Positions 38,193 to 51,202 of a stretch of DNA of 64,000 nucleotides are shown piece after piece. How positions within the stretch are numbered: position 1 is the first letter of the stretch; each line of letters opens with the position of its first letter. Both the position numbers and the translations under genes were made by a program. The stretch comes from Camelus dromedarius (Eukaryota). The notes below the pieces were generated by a model. The model searched no databases. It was not told where the DNA came from and worked only from the letters and a program-made list of their open reading frames with translations. The stretch lies in assembly GCF_036321535.1 (NCBI RefSeq), contig NC_087437.1:4216001-4280000 (forward strand). The letters run 5' to 3'.

Positions 38193-38814
38193 CTGGAGAC
38201 CACGGGAAACAAGGTCGAGTTAATGAGCAGATGGAAGCAAGGTAGGATAGACATGGCAAGAGGGAGGAAGCGGTCATGGCCCGGGACTGGAGGGTCCCTG
38301 GCACCCAAAGCATCCAAGAAGGAAGATACTGGCTTCTCGATCAAGATGAAACATGGTGTTTCCTCAGTGCCCTTGCAAATGCTATTAAGTTTCAGTAGCT
38401 ATTTGAAGTCTGATCACAGTCTAGTCTCATTCTCAGTGGCTGGCTTCCTGTGTGTGTGAGTATATGTGTGTGTGCACGTGTGCATGTATGTGTATGTGTG
38501 CGTATGCACACGCACGCGAATGCACGTGTATTTTATTCTTTTAATGATGGCATATTCTGATTCATAGAATTATAACATAGTAAGTATTTGAATTGTCCTT
38601 AGGGTCTATTTAACCCAGAGGTCACTAACTCAGATGGCTGTGAAGCCCAGGAGGGTAACGGAAACGAGTCTCGTGGGCAGGGAGTGAGAGATGAAAACAG
38701 AGCAGCAACCCGTCTGTTCACTGTTAACTCCAGCCGAGCGTCGCCAGCGGGAAAGGGGGCCCAGTGTGGTCACACTGCCCGATTTTTCAAAGAGAAGCCT
38801 AAAATCTACATTTC

Positions 38815-39110
38815 TTTCTTTGTCTGTTTTGTTTTCCAACTTCATACAATTGCGTTTTTCTTACTGAAGTGTAGCCAGTTTACAATGTTGTGCCAATTTC
38901 TGGTGTGCAGCACAATGCTTCAGTCATACATGAATGTACATATATTTGTTTTCATACTCTTTTTCATTATAGATTACTATGAGATATTGAATATAGTTCC
39001 CCATGCTATACAGCAGAAACTTGTTGTTTATCTATTTTATGTACAGTGGTTAATATCTGCAAATCTCGAACTCCCAATTTATCCCTTTGCACCCCCAATC
39101 CCTGCTGGTG
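38815..39110 (-). mobile_element. L1 3'UTR fragment
   Basis: TSD aaatctacatttc at 38802-38814 and 39111-39123. Confidence 0.88.
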
Positions 39111-40237
39111 AAATCTACATTTCAGTGGAAAATCTCCAATATGCAAAAGCAGTCAACTAATTCCACAGGCTGTCCACACCAGACAGGACCAACACAACTC
39201 GACTGCAAGTCGCCACCTGGTCACCCCTGAGCCCGTCCAGACCGTCGAGGGGGCAGTGACTCGTGGAGGTTGTTGCCGCTGTACCAGAGTTGGAAGCCTG
39301 GCTTCCTGATTCCAGCCCCCGCCAGGGCTCTTTCCACCACTGTAATCTGCTCCCAGGTGAGCTCCCCAACAGAGGGCTCAGAAAAGCCACTATGTTGTGT
39401 GAAAGAAGTGGCTTCAACTGTAACAAGTCAAGAACCAGACGCACCCTGGGGCATTTCCTCATGTTGTGCAAATTCCACAAAGTGTTATCATTCACTGCTG
39501 CTTCCTGGGGCTCTGTCCTCCCAGCCCCCAGCCCCCAGCCCCAAATGCACAGAACGTGAGTCCCACACGGGGGCCCTCAGCTGGAGCGGAAGGGTGACAT
39601 CCCCATCAGATGGGCCAGGGCTCAGCATTCATTTCCTCTCTCCCTGTCCCCTTGCCTCACTTCCACTACCCTCCTCACCTTTGCAGCCACTGGCATTTGG
39701 GGCCCTCTGGAAATTAAATAATCCCTAAGGATAAGTCAGATCTTCACTATGTTACGATTAGGTGAATGCCATCATTAAGAGACAGACATGCACTCCCACG
39801 GACGGACACACACATGCACGTGCACTGAGTCCCTGACAAGCTGGTTTCACAAAGTTAAAATAGTCAAACTTCCAATCAGCAAATGCTCCTTTTACTTACT
39901 TCCTATGGGATGCAAGACCTTGTTCTCCGACTTCTGGAAGTGGAGAGGGGAGAAATAGGAGAGGAGTTCCGGGTACTAAGACCTGCATAGACACTGGGTT
40001 GCAGAGAGGGGCAGGGCGGACCAGAGGCCATCACCCAGGCCTCCTCCGGCCTCTGCGCCCTTGCCTCTGGGTCTGGGGGAGGCTGGCTGAGCCCAGCCTG
40101 CCTGGAAACAGCGGAGATGTCTATTCGCACTGCACACCATTGTACACAGCGCTCTGCTAGACTCGAGACTCCTCGGGAAGCAGACAACTGGGAACTACAG
40201 CTGAATAAAAACAAGGAAAGAGCCAGGGGACACTTAC

Positions 40238-40813
40238 TGGTTTTCCCGCAACTCTGGCAGATTTCACGGACCATTCTTTTCTTCACGTCCACCTTCTTCA
40301 GCTTATCAAAGTCTTGAAAAGTGATGATTTTTTGAGAATTGCCCGTTATCGGCAGAAGCTGTTCCTTATGAACATCTCTGATGCCCAAAACCAGAATGCA
40401 AATTCCGTCTTCTCTCAGGGTCTTCGCTGCAGCTGCCACATCGTAGGTGGGGTCCCCAGATGTGATGACAACCAAAATTTGGGGGACACCAGCGTTTCTT
40501 CTGCTCCCAGCAGATGGCTCAAACATAACACCCACTTGTTTAAGGGCCAAGTCCATCCTCGGATGCCCGCCACTCTTGGTGATGGTCTGAATCCGAGCCT
40601 TCCGCTGGGCTGGAGTCAGAGAATTTTGCAACTCAATAATTTCTTGGTAGCGGACCCCAAACTGAGCCATCCCAATTTGCATTCTTTGAGACTGACTGTC
40701 AAAATCATCCATTAAGTCCGACAAGAAAGTCATCATGGTAACAAATTCTGTATTGGACACCCTAGTCGAGCCATCGCAAAAGAAGATCACGTCGGCTTTT
40801 GGAACTTGACAGA
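40238..40813 (-). CDS. COL6A5: VWA domain 6 exon (576 nt)
   Basis: ttgcag acceptor, gtaagt donor; VCQVPKADVIFFCDGS...CQSCGKT. Confidence 0.96.
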
Positions 40814-41330
40814 CTGCAATCGAAGAACAAGAAATCAGTTACTGTCCTTAGGGATTACTGTAAATTTTCCCTTTGTTCTAATAGTTAAACTGCTTTGCTA
40901 AATCCTCACATTCGTGGCAAATAAGTGGACAGAGGAGAGAACCACCAGCGGCCCTCAAAGAGCGGGGAAGACAGCAGGGAGGAGAAAAAGGGTCAATTTT
41001 GTTTCAAATCTTAATTATTTACACAATTCATTTGAAAGGATGCTGAAAGCTACTCTGGGAAGGAAAGTAAGAAATTTGGCTCCTGAATATGTCCACTAGA
41101 AGGTCACGGCGAAGGTGAGGAATCCCTTCTACACACCCCCCCGGGAGGTTCACCAGAGTCACGGCAATGGTACCACTGCCCTGCGATAGTAATCCTGCTC
41201 CTATTGTGCCACCACTTTACATCTGTGCTGAGAATGATCATTTAAAAAACGTTTCCAGCATACAACAATGGTAAATATTCATGGCCACCTTAGGAGGAAT
41301 TATTCTGATTTTAGGCACAGAAATAGAATC

Positions 41331-41586
41331 GGGAGGAGGAGGGTACAGCTCAGGAGTCGTCTCACAGTCCCCAGTACTTCTATCAAAAAAATAATAAACA
41401 AACAAACAAAATAAAATAAAAATATCTGGGGGGAGGATATAGCTCAACGGTAGAGTGCGTGCTTAGCATGCACAAGGTCCTGGGTTCAACTCCTGGTACC
41501 TCCTTTAAATAAATAAATAGATAGATAGATACATAGATAGATAGATAGATCAATGAATAGACCTAATTCCCACCCCCTGCAAGAGG
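41331..41586 (+). mobile_element. Tandem or nested SINE pair with (GATA)n
   Basis: Internally deleted head at 41331, full head at 41428, shared TSD aatagaatc. Confidence 0.82.
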
Positions 41587-43714
41587 AATAGAATCCAGAG
41601 GGTAAGGAACTTGCCTCAGAATACATAACTACTATGCGGTTGAGTTGGTACCTGGGTCCCCTTTACCCTTACATCCAGGATTTTTTCTACTACAAGTTGT
41701 TTTAATAATACCATAGCCCAGATATTAAAACTTCACGGGGCAAGTGCTCACAGCTAGTAAACCGGGCACAGGGTCATCTCCCTGAAGGCCAGTGGGAAAC
41801 GGCCCGTAACCTGGTGATGACCTCCCACACCCAGCTCTAATCAAGTGCAAAGGCTGGGATGCTGCAGCCGGAAGTGATCACGGAAGGTAACTGAGACGTC
41901 GGGACGTGCATCGCTGACTTCTGCCTCTTCTGCTTCCCCCTTTTCTTTCACAGCCGTCGTCCCTAATAAACATCTTGCATCCCAGACTCCATCTTAGCAT
42001 CTACCTCCAAAAGGGCAGGTCCAGGGGATGAGAAGAAGACAGTCCTGCACTCCGAGGAAAAGACGGAAGTCCCAACAACATCCTAAGGTTTGGTGGGGAC
42101 CCGAGGACCAACAAGAGGCCAAGCCTGCCCAAGGAGCGCCTAGTCTTGTGACAGGCACAGGTGAGGAAACAGCAAACATGTGTCAAGTGCAACCACCTGG
42201 AGAAGCAGGAGGTGCAGGAGTTGGGGGACACGGTGGGGACCCTGCCGGGTGCTGGGTCAGGAAACGGGCAAACAAAGGCTGAAATGTGACAGAGAAGCTA
42301 GACGTAGCCAGGGGAAGCAGTGGGCTGGTGTGTTCGTGCTGGGTGGAACAGTGCTGGGAGATGCGGGGATTTCAGGATGGCTGGAGAGGCTGTGGGGGGT
42401 GGGGCAATAGATGAGGTTGGAAACGTCAGCGGGGGCTACATGGAGCTCGAGAGTTTAGACACTGTGACCCGTGAGCAGATCAGTGACATAGTCCAGCGTG
42501 TGTCAGGAAGATTGCTTCATGTTAAAGAGGGACTGGAAGGCGCAGGACAGATGGCAAGGGGGGCACAGGTGTAAGAACTGAGGTGGTCCCACTGCCTCGG
42601 GACAAGTCACGTTTCCCTGAACATGCAACCATCACGCAGCATCTGAAACCAAGGAGCTGGATTTATTGCTGACTTAAGTAAGGTCCAGCTGCGGAGGTCA
42701 GACATATTCTCAGCCAGCACAGCAAATGCTAGGCTGACACAGGCGTTGGGGGAGGTTTTGTTTGGGGCTGGACTGTCTCACAGGGATGAGAGTGGGTTAA
42801 CGCCAGTCCGAGAAACACGATTTGTGTTGGATACAAAAGTAGGCTGCAAACTGGGGGAGAGGAAGGGAGGGAGGAGGAGAAGAAAAAGAGCAGGAAGTCG
42901 GCAGAAGGAGGGGAAGAGGGAAGACAGGAAGCTAGCTGATTGGCTGGTGCGTTGCTCAGGTCGAGAGGACTGGGCCAATAGCCGGCAAGGATTCCAGCCT
43001 TCTGAGGAGGGACAGCCGCCCTCCTGGGTGACCTGTCAGTCTCCCCTGCTTCAAGGTCAGGGGCAGATCTCACCGTCTCCTCACTCGGGTGTGATGCCTC
43101 CAGCCCATCCTAACCCAGCTGTATCCCATGGAGTGGGCTTTGGCCCCTTCCCTCCCCGTCTCTATGACTCCACATTCAGCTCCCATTCCTCCTTTCTGCA
43201 CTTGTGGCCCTTATTCAGAAAAACTCATCGCACCACTTGGACGTCCAACGGCCCTACAGGATGTTGATAATCCCATTTAGACGGCCCTGGATCTCTGAAA
43301 ACAAGTCTACCTGTTGAAACCATGAAACTCTGCACTTGAGTTTGGCCTGAAACTGATGCCCCGTGGTTGCTCTGACACCATCACGCAAATGGAGCGGCAC
43401 AGGTAACCGTGAATGAGCAGAGGTGAATATGACCCTAAGAAGGGTTCTTCCTGCCAAGAAAAGGGCAACAGCGAGGCCAGAGAGCAAGGAACGCTTCTGA
43501 AACCTTCGTGTTGCATCGCTTCAAGGCACACCATGGTGGCGAAGGACCTGTCGACTCCTGCTTCATCAGTGCATTTCTTCCAGAGATGAGAAACACGAAG
43601 CCTGAGCAGAGAACGATGCAGCCTGCGACACCCAGGTAATGGGAAGCCAAGACTCATCATTTACTTCCTGCTTAAACTGACTGCCACCCCGGAAGAGGCA
43701 CTGGAAGCACTTAC

Positions 43715-44290
43715 CCTCTCCTGCGTTGGTGCACATGCTGTCTTGCAGAGACTGGTAGACATCCTTCAGCTTGCTGAAGTCACTCACATGGACAGTGTAG
43801 TTTCTGTCCCCCGCCATCATCTCGAGCTCCTCTTGGTTGGCCTGTCCTACACCCACGGCATAGATGACGATGCCCTGGCGCCTCAGCTTCGAGGCCACGT
43901 CCCCGAGCAGGTCTTGGTCGTGGGACACCCCATCCGTGATGACGATCAGCATCTGCTTCACGTTCTGCTTGATGCGGCTGCCGTGCTCCTCCGTGAACAG
44001 GCTGCCGGCGTGCTCCAGGGCCCGGGCGGTGTAGGTGCTCCTGCCGGTGTCCCGGCGCCTCCTCAGATGCTCAACGACCGCGGACCTGTTCGAGTAGGTG
44101 TTGAGGTAGAAGAGAACCTCGGGCTGGTCAGAGTACGTGAGCGCTCCAAACTGAACTCGGTCCGGGCCCACGTCCGATTTCTTCACCAGGTGGATGGTGA
44201 GGTTCATCATGCTTTCTTGGTCTTGGCGGCTGATGCTGCCTGAGTGGTCCAGCACAAACACGATGTCTAACAGCTTAATCCTTTTACAAT
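43715..44290 (-). CDS. COL6A5: VWA domain 5 exon (576 nt)
   Basis: ctcctttcag acceptor, gtaagt donor; DCKRIKLLDIVFVLDHSGS...CTNAGE. Confidence 0.96.
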
Positions 44291-45534
44291 CTGAAAGGAG
44301 AAGAAGGCAGGCATCGCAAACCTGTTCTGCAGCAGGTTCTACGCCGGCCGCTCAGGAGGGAAAGCCAACTGATCTGCCACGAGCCTGCCACGGGCCAGGA
44401 GCAACTCTTCACTCAGGGGTGGCTGTTGCCATGTTTTGGAGAAAGAAGAGGAGGCTCTGAGATGTCCCACTTGCCCGGATCATGATTCCAAGGACATCGG
44501 CACCTTTAATGGACAGGACCCCATGACCGGTGGTCCCCACGCCTCCCCACTCTGTTCTGCTAAATCTCATTGGGACGTGCCATGCCTTTTGCTAAGCGGT
44601 CTTTCAACCAGCAGGGCATGTCAGAAAGTCATTCAGTGTCAGTAGAGTGGTGACACGTGACCAGTGTTGGTCCGACCAGCCTGCAGTGCTGAAGGACTCC
44701 GGGGCTCAGTGTATACACTGGGAGTTTCACCTGCTCGGCTTCTGGGAGAGAAGCTTTCCCAGGTGCACCAGGCCTCTTCACATCTACCTGTGTTCCTTCC
44801 CCTGACCTCCCGAAGTGAAAGTCAGAAAGGCCCCACGTGGCAGCAGAGCTAAACTCCTATCGCCTCATCCTAGCCCCGACCCCTCCTCCACGTGAGAAGC
44901 CAAGTGGCCATGCTGCAGGATCTCCAAAGTGTCAGCCAGTTTCCACCCCTTCCTCCCTTCAGTCACTTAAGCATGTGCCTCCCCAGGGCTCCCTTCCTGC
45001 CCCCTCCCACCTGCCTACCCTACCTCCAACCCTTATTTCTGGCAACCAGGTCTCAAAATTCCAAGTCTCATCCATTGTGGAAGAGCCCAGGCTGTGTCAG
45101 GAGGAACCTGGGGCCGTGACCCACTGGGATGTGGCGACTAGTCACCACTGGGTGAACATTTAATGAGTCGACTTGATAAACATGTATGAGGTGAGCTCAT
45201 ACACAAGTCAGCTAAAGTTTCACAGCACCGAGAGGCTCGGAATCACTTTTTGGAGGAAGAAAAAACTTCCAGTTAAGCTGTGACAAGGGAAATCTTAGAG
45301 CTATTGCCTGAAACTCAGAGTTTATCTTAATTTGTTAACTTTCTGAAGTTTTCACACACGGGATTCTGAAGAACGAAGTCCAAAGGAGGTGTCTGTGTTG
45401 CCAGAGGAACAGCATACAAGAAATGTACTAATGCTTTGGTCTGTTCCCTTCATGGTGTCCAAAACACAGATCACAACATGTGATAGATTTATAGCAAGTT
45501 CTCACTCAAGAACCATTAAAATTGACAGGCTTGT

Positions 45535-45670
45535 GGGGAGGGCAGAGCTCAGTGGTAGAGCACACACTTAGCATGCACCAAGTCCTGGGTTCCATCCCCA
45601 GTACCTCTATTAAAAAAAAAAAAAAAAAACCTAACTACCTCCCCCTCTACAAAACAAAAAGAAAAGAAAA
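45535..45670 (+). mobile_element. tRNA-Ala-derived SINE
   Basis: Core, poly-A, cctaactacctcccc tail. Confidence 0.88.
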
Positions 45671-46337
45671 AAAACTGATGGGCTCAAACTGCAGGTTGTT
45701 CAATATAATTCAAAAAGCACTACAGTTTGTCAGATGAAAAGGATGATGCCTCACTCCCAAGCAATTATTTTTTTTTTAAGTAACAAGGTGAAGTTTTCCA
45801 AAGAGATGGATGCATGAACAGGCACATGTGAAATGCTAAGCTGACTGAGGGTAAGAAGGCTAACACAAAGTAATGAAAACACACACCATATATTTAAAAC
45901 ACAGAGGGTTTTGCTGGGGCGGCTGGAGTGCGCTTAGGATATTGTACTTAACTAACAGGACGATGAATTTGTATCTCTAATTAGTTACTGCTTAACAATG
46001 GTTATAGGCAGCCAAGAAACAATTTGGAGGAGTCAGCTGGGATTAAAAACTGGCTCTGGAGAACTCTAGGTACACAGGTATTAAAGAGCTGGAAGTTACA
46101 TATATAAATCTGAGACCCTCTTGGAATATATTTGAAGTCATCAAAGTCAGACTACTTTGCTGACAAGTTAGTGGACAAAATTGCAATATCCCTAGAAATC
46201 ATGAGTCATGAGTGTTTTACTCAATATAGAGAAGACCAAAAGTTAAGACTGAAGTCCAGAGTGCCAGTCACTGTCCACCCCACTCTGAAGTCGTCAGCAC
46301 CCACCCTCGAGCCCTGAAGGGTGACAGGGTCCCTTAC

Positions 46338-46892
46338 CGTGAAGAGCGCACACACGGAAGACAAGCTTTTTCTCTATAGCCTTTAGATCATCGAAGTTCT
46401 CAACATGGAAGACCAGGCTGCTGTCCCCACTGATCTCCTCCAGCTGAGACCTAACGGCACCGTACACCCCCACGGAGAAGATGGTCACACCTTTGTCCCG
46501 AAGGGCTCTCGCGGGGTCTCTGACTTCATCTTGGGCTTCTCCATCCGTGATGAGGATGAGGAACTTTCTGACTGTGGGACGGCCCCCCCTGGGCTCGGTG
46601 AAGTAGTCAGCTACGAAGGTTAGTGCACTTCCAGTCAAAGTGTTCTGGTCGATGTGAGACATGCTGTCTATGGCATCAGAAATTTCTCCTTGTGTGAAGT
46701 ATTTGTCAAGCTGGAATTCTTCCTTATTATAGTCACTGAACTGGATGACACCAATCCGGACTTTGTCTGGACCAACCTGAATCTTAGCTAATAGGTTTTT
46801 CATGAAGGTTTTCATTTTCACAAAATTTTCAGGTCCTATACTCCTAGAACCATCCACCAGAAACATGATGTCAGCCTTCATGTCTTCACATC
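46338..46892 (-). CDS. COL6A5: VWA domain 4 exon (555 nt)
   Basis: gtgcag acceptor, gtaagg donor; GCEDMKADIMFLVDGSRS...VCALH. Confidence 0.96.
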
Positions 46893-48199
46893 CTGCACGT
46901 AATCAAAAAGACCAGAAATAAACCAGGTTGGCATGGCTCTCAGGATCCATGCAGACAGTAAAGCAGAAATAAATCCATTAATCAGAAAATATCAAAAATT
47001 AACTCAAGCAACTGCCGTTGCACCTGAAAGTGTTACTTCTTTTATAGAAGCCTGTTGACTAGAACCCTAAATCAGAAATTCACTGAAGATGACCTAAGAA
47101 GTTTTAAAGAAGAAATGCAACTCCCAGAGTATGCATTCATTCATTCGTTTCTTCATGCATGCATTATGCATTTATTCATAATTCACTCATTCATAATTCT
47201 TGATGTGTACAAAATGGCAAACTTCAGGCTATGGGTTAAAGACACAATGGTGATCAAAAAAGGAAATCAGAGAAGGGCAATCAATTTTAGACACTAATAT
47301 GAGTAATATTCTATGGTTTTATGTATTTTCTTGAAACACAAAGTTCCCAGGAATATTTATATAGCACAATTTTCTGGGATAATTTAAAGTGATTTGATAA
47401 ACACTATAAATCAACATTAGAAATTGGGGTCAAAAGCTTTTACGAGAGGTAATAAAGACATTAGTAAGCATGTATCCATTCAACATGGACTGTTTATTTA
47501 TACATAAAATTTGTAGATATCCTACTGATGGGAAGTGGACATATATATGCACATGTAAATAGGTATCTGTACACATATATACACATAGAATACTAATTTC
47601 TATAAGCCATAAAATATGTTAATAACTCATAGTACAGGTGTGTGTATATGTATACATACATATACATATACGTACTATCGTGCATATATATTATATATAG
47701 GCAAATATATATTTATATTACATACGTTTATACATTAATATATTAATGTATATTAATAATATACTAAGACAAATATGTATTTATTTATATATATCACATA
47801 TAGACAAAAGGGTTAAGACTAAGAAGATACATGCTAAAGACAATATATTTACAGGCTGTGTAAACGCAGCATGTATCTTCTTAGTTACCACCTCCATTTT
47901 CTTACCAGCCCCCCCCCACTATGCGCAGAGTCTATCCCATACTATTTGAAAATGAACAGTGAGCATCAGCCCTAGAAGAATTAAAAGATGCTGACTATTT
48001 TTAATAACTTGTATAAGGCCCGCCAGGGGGCACTAAGGCCATCACTGGAGATCCGCGCTGCCCTGGGGCCATTTTGGAAGTTGTAAACAGGGAAGTCACT
48101 GAAGATGCTGGTGTCCTTGGCAAAGCCCCAGTGCTGTGAAATGTGCAAGGCTCTCTTCCAGGAAACGCACGTCAGAAGAAAAGACTTATACATGTGGTT

Positions 48200-48665
48200 T
48201 ACTATTCACAGAATCTACCTTCTTGCCTCTACTTGGAACAGAGACTGTTTCTTGTCCTCTGCTATCGGTTCCCCCATCTCTTCCATGTCAATAAAGTTTC
48301 AACTGGGCAGATGGTCACCCAGGTACAGACTATATTTCCCAGGCTTCCTTGAAGCTAGATGGGGGCCCTGTGACTGTGTTCTGGCCAACAGGTCTGAGCA
48401 GGAGTGATCTGGCCGCTTCTGCGTCTTAATAGCGAAACAATGGAGCTCTCCTGGCCCCATCTCCCTTCCCACAAATGCAAGGTGATGGGAACAGACGCTC
48501 CACTTTTGACCTAGAGATGGATGCTCTGTTGTGCATGGACCAGCCTCTTTGCTAGACCAGGACAGCTTACCCTGGACCGTGACACAGGAGTGAAACAATA
48601 TTCCGGGTTGTGCAGTGTGCGGTCCTTTTGCTGGAGCAGTTGAAACTGCCCCTTAACCAATATGC
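48200..48665 (+). mobile_element. MLT1-like MaLR solo LTR
   Basis: tatttcccaggcttccttgaagctagatgggg..tgtgactgtgttctggccaa motif. Confidence 0.55.
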
Positions 48666-49843
48666 TGTGTCTCCCTCCATCCACCTCTGCTGAGACCAGT
48701 CAGGCTTTTTCTAGGCCCTTCAGCTCAGCTCCTTAGCCTTTCTGCCTCTGTTCTCCATCTTGTGGCCCATTTCCTGGCCCACAGTTTGCCTCCTCCATTG
48801 AGTGTGCCAGGGGTTGGGCTTCTGAAATGCAATTCCCTGACCTACAAAAAGCATACTGCATCTCTTCAGACTGGTCCATGACCTCCTCCCTGGAGAGACC
48901 TGACTTACAATCCAGCTTATGCTTCCTGAAGCCCTTTTACTCTCCTTGGCATCAGCTCCAGGAAACGTCAGGGAACATTGACTCTGGTCCTCTTTCTAAG
49001 ACATCCTGAAGACCCCACGCTGCTACTGCCCACAACAGGAAGAAAAACCGATTACATTGTGATTTAGGATTTTGCTTTGAGTCCTGCTTATGGGCTCGCT
49101 TAGTTTTCTTTTGATTTAAGTGACTCAGAGAAAATTCCAACACACTGTCACTTTTGTAAGTTCAAATAAGTGAGAATTCTTTTCCTTTTCTCCTCAGGGC
49201 ACACCTCAGCCAACTTTTACAAGAGCTAAGTTTTATGCAGCGCTGACCGTGGGCCAAGCACTCTTCTAAGTGTCCGCACACATTATTACCTTTAAGTTTC
49301 ACAAGAAGCCTACACACAAGGGACCAAGGCAGGAAGACAGTAAGTAACCACTCCAGGTTGGCAGCCCATCACTGATAAAGCTGGCGTGTGGACTTTGATG
49401 CTTTGACTCCTGCATCCTTTATCCTAATCCAGAAGCTAACATGCCTCTCAGCAGACAGCATTTTCATGTGCTAAGACCAGCCATCAACACATACCATCTT
49501 CCATTAGTAAGTGGCTATGTTAATAAGAGAAATAACAATCAGGTACACGAATTTGCAAGTTTGTTCTCCCTAACTTTTGGTTACTTGGTTTTTAGCCAGA
49601 ACAAAAATACAAATACGTGTTTCTGTATGTACCAGGGTTTCATATGTACCAGATCTGCGTTCACCATAGAGGAATAATGGCTGGTGTTTATGACACTAAA
49701 CCTACAAGGATACTCTGATGTAGGCACTGTCCTGATTTTACAGATGAGCAAGTTCAAGGCTCAGGTAGTGAAGCGAGTTGAACCCTAATCTAGTTAAAGT
49801 CAGAGCTCATCTTCTTTTCTACTGTACTTACCTGCCTCAGTGA

Positions 49844-49860
49844 GTGTGTGTACATGTACG

Positions 49861-49902
<42 letters not shown>
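49844..49902. repeat. Alternating purine-pyrimidine tract with a CG run and (CA)17
   Basis: Read directly. Confidence 0.95.
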
Positions 49903-49904
<2 letters not shown>

Positions 49905-50196
49905 ATAGAGTGCCTCCTACCCCTCACAGCAGTGGGCTTTGTCAAGGCAACAACACTCTTAGCAACCTTCCCACTTCTGACTTCCAAGATGGCCCCAGGA
50001 CAGCTGTCTGTAGAGGGATTCTCCAGTCTCGGCTACGGGTTTCAAATGAGGGGCTGAATCCCTCCACAGTTGTGAAAGAAGTCAGCAAAGTGTTAGCCAG
50101 ACCACTGGTCCCCTCGCTCCTTGTCTGAGCCTGGCTATTTGTCCACCTGAAGCCACGAATGAGGTACAGGGAATAAAGCCTTTTTGTTTGGCTTAC

Positions 50197-50757
50197 CTTT
50201 CTCACTGCAGATGCTGCGAACAACCTCGTCTTTTATGCTCTTTAAAGAATCAAAGTTCTGCCCAAAACTAACCCTCTCCTCTTGCCCAGCAATTTGTAGT
50301 AGTTCTATCTTGTTGGCCTCCCCGATGCCGACTGCATGAATGGTGATGTGTTCAGCCCGCAGTCTCTCAGCAGGTTCCACAACGCCATCCGTTGACATCC
50401 CGTCAGTCAACACAACGAGGTAACAGGGGACCTCGGTGGTCCTGTGTCTCCTGTCCTCCCTGATCACTCGCAGCATGAAGTCCAGTGCTGCCCCAGTCAA
50501 AGTGCCGCCTTTGAGTTGCTTGATGTTAGAAACAGCCTGCTTTAATTTCACATCATTAGAATAGTGACTGATATTAAATTCCACTTCCGTCGTGTCTGAA
50601 AACTGCACAGTGCCAACTTGGACTTTGCCTGGGCCGATGCTAAACATATCTATCACTGCCGTCATAAATGCCTTGATTTGCTCAAAGTGTTTGTCCTCAA
50701 TGCTGCCGGAGCCGTCGATGAGGAAATAGAGATCGGCCTCTTTTGTATCCACACAGC
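50197..50757 (-). CDS. COL6A5: VWA domain 3 exon (561 nt)
   Basis: tttttctgcag acceptor, gtaagc donor; GCVDTKEADLYFLIDGSGS...CSEK. Confidence 0.96.
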
Positions 50758-51202
50758 CTGCAGAAAAATGCAAAGTGGAAACTGCATTTTCCATGAATTA
50801 CAGAGAATCTGGAGTGAACATTCCAAGTGGGTTTGCACAGGAGCACGAGGCTGGGAAGGTTCTAAAGAATGAGGACCCTTCAGAAGCCTGGACACTTTCC
50901 TAAGCACATTCATGCCCGTTTTCGCCTTTGAAATTTACAATCTCATGAGGAAATTGAAACTGAAGGAGACATAGGGGTTTGTCTGAGGTCACACGGCCAG
51001 TAATTATAGGGTAAGGACCAGATTCCCAAGTATCCAGGCTCTTAGTTAAAATCGTTCTAGTATTGACACCTGCCTTTTCAGACAGTTTCTGCCTTATCAT
51101 TTCCTAAGAAATGGGATGGGATAGATGACCTTCTGTTCTTATTTCCCCAATAACCTCTTCTGCCTGGAGCAACTAGAACAATATACTTAAAGCTAGAACA
51201 AG

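Noticed and set aside
39903..40237. Long ORF extension past the VWA6 donor
   Set aside because: A gtaagt donor at 40237 and an in-phase next exon explain the structure; the extension has no recognisable domain.
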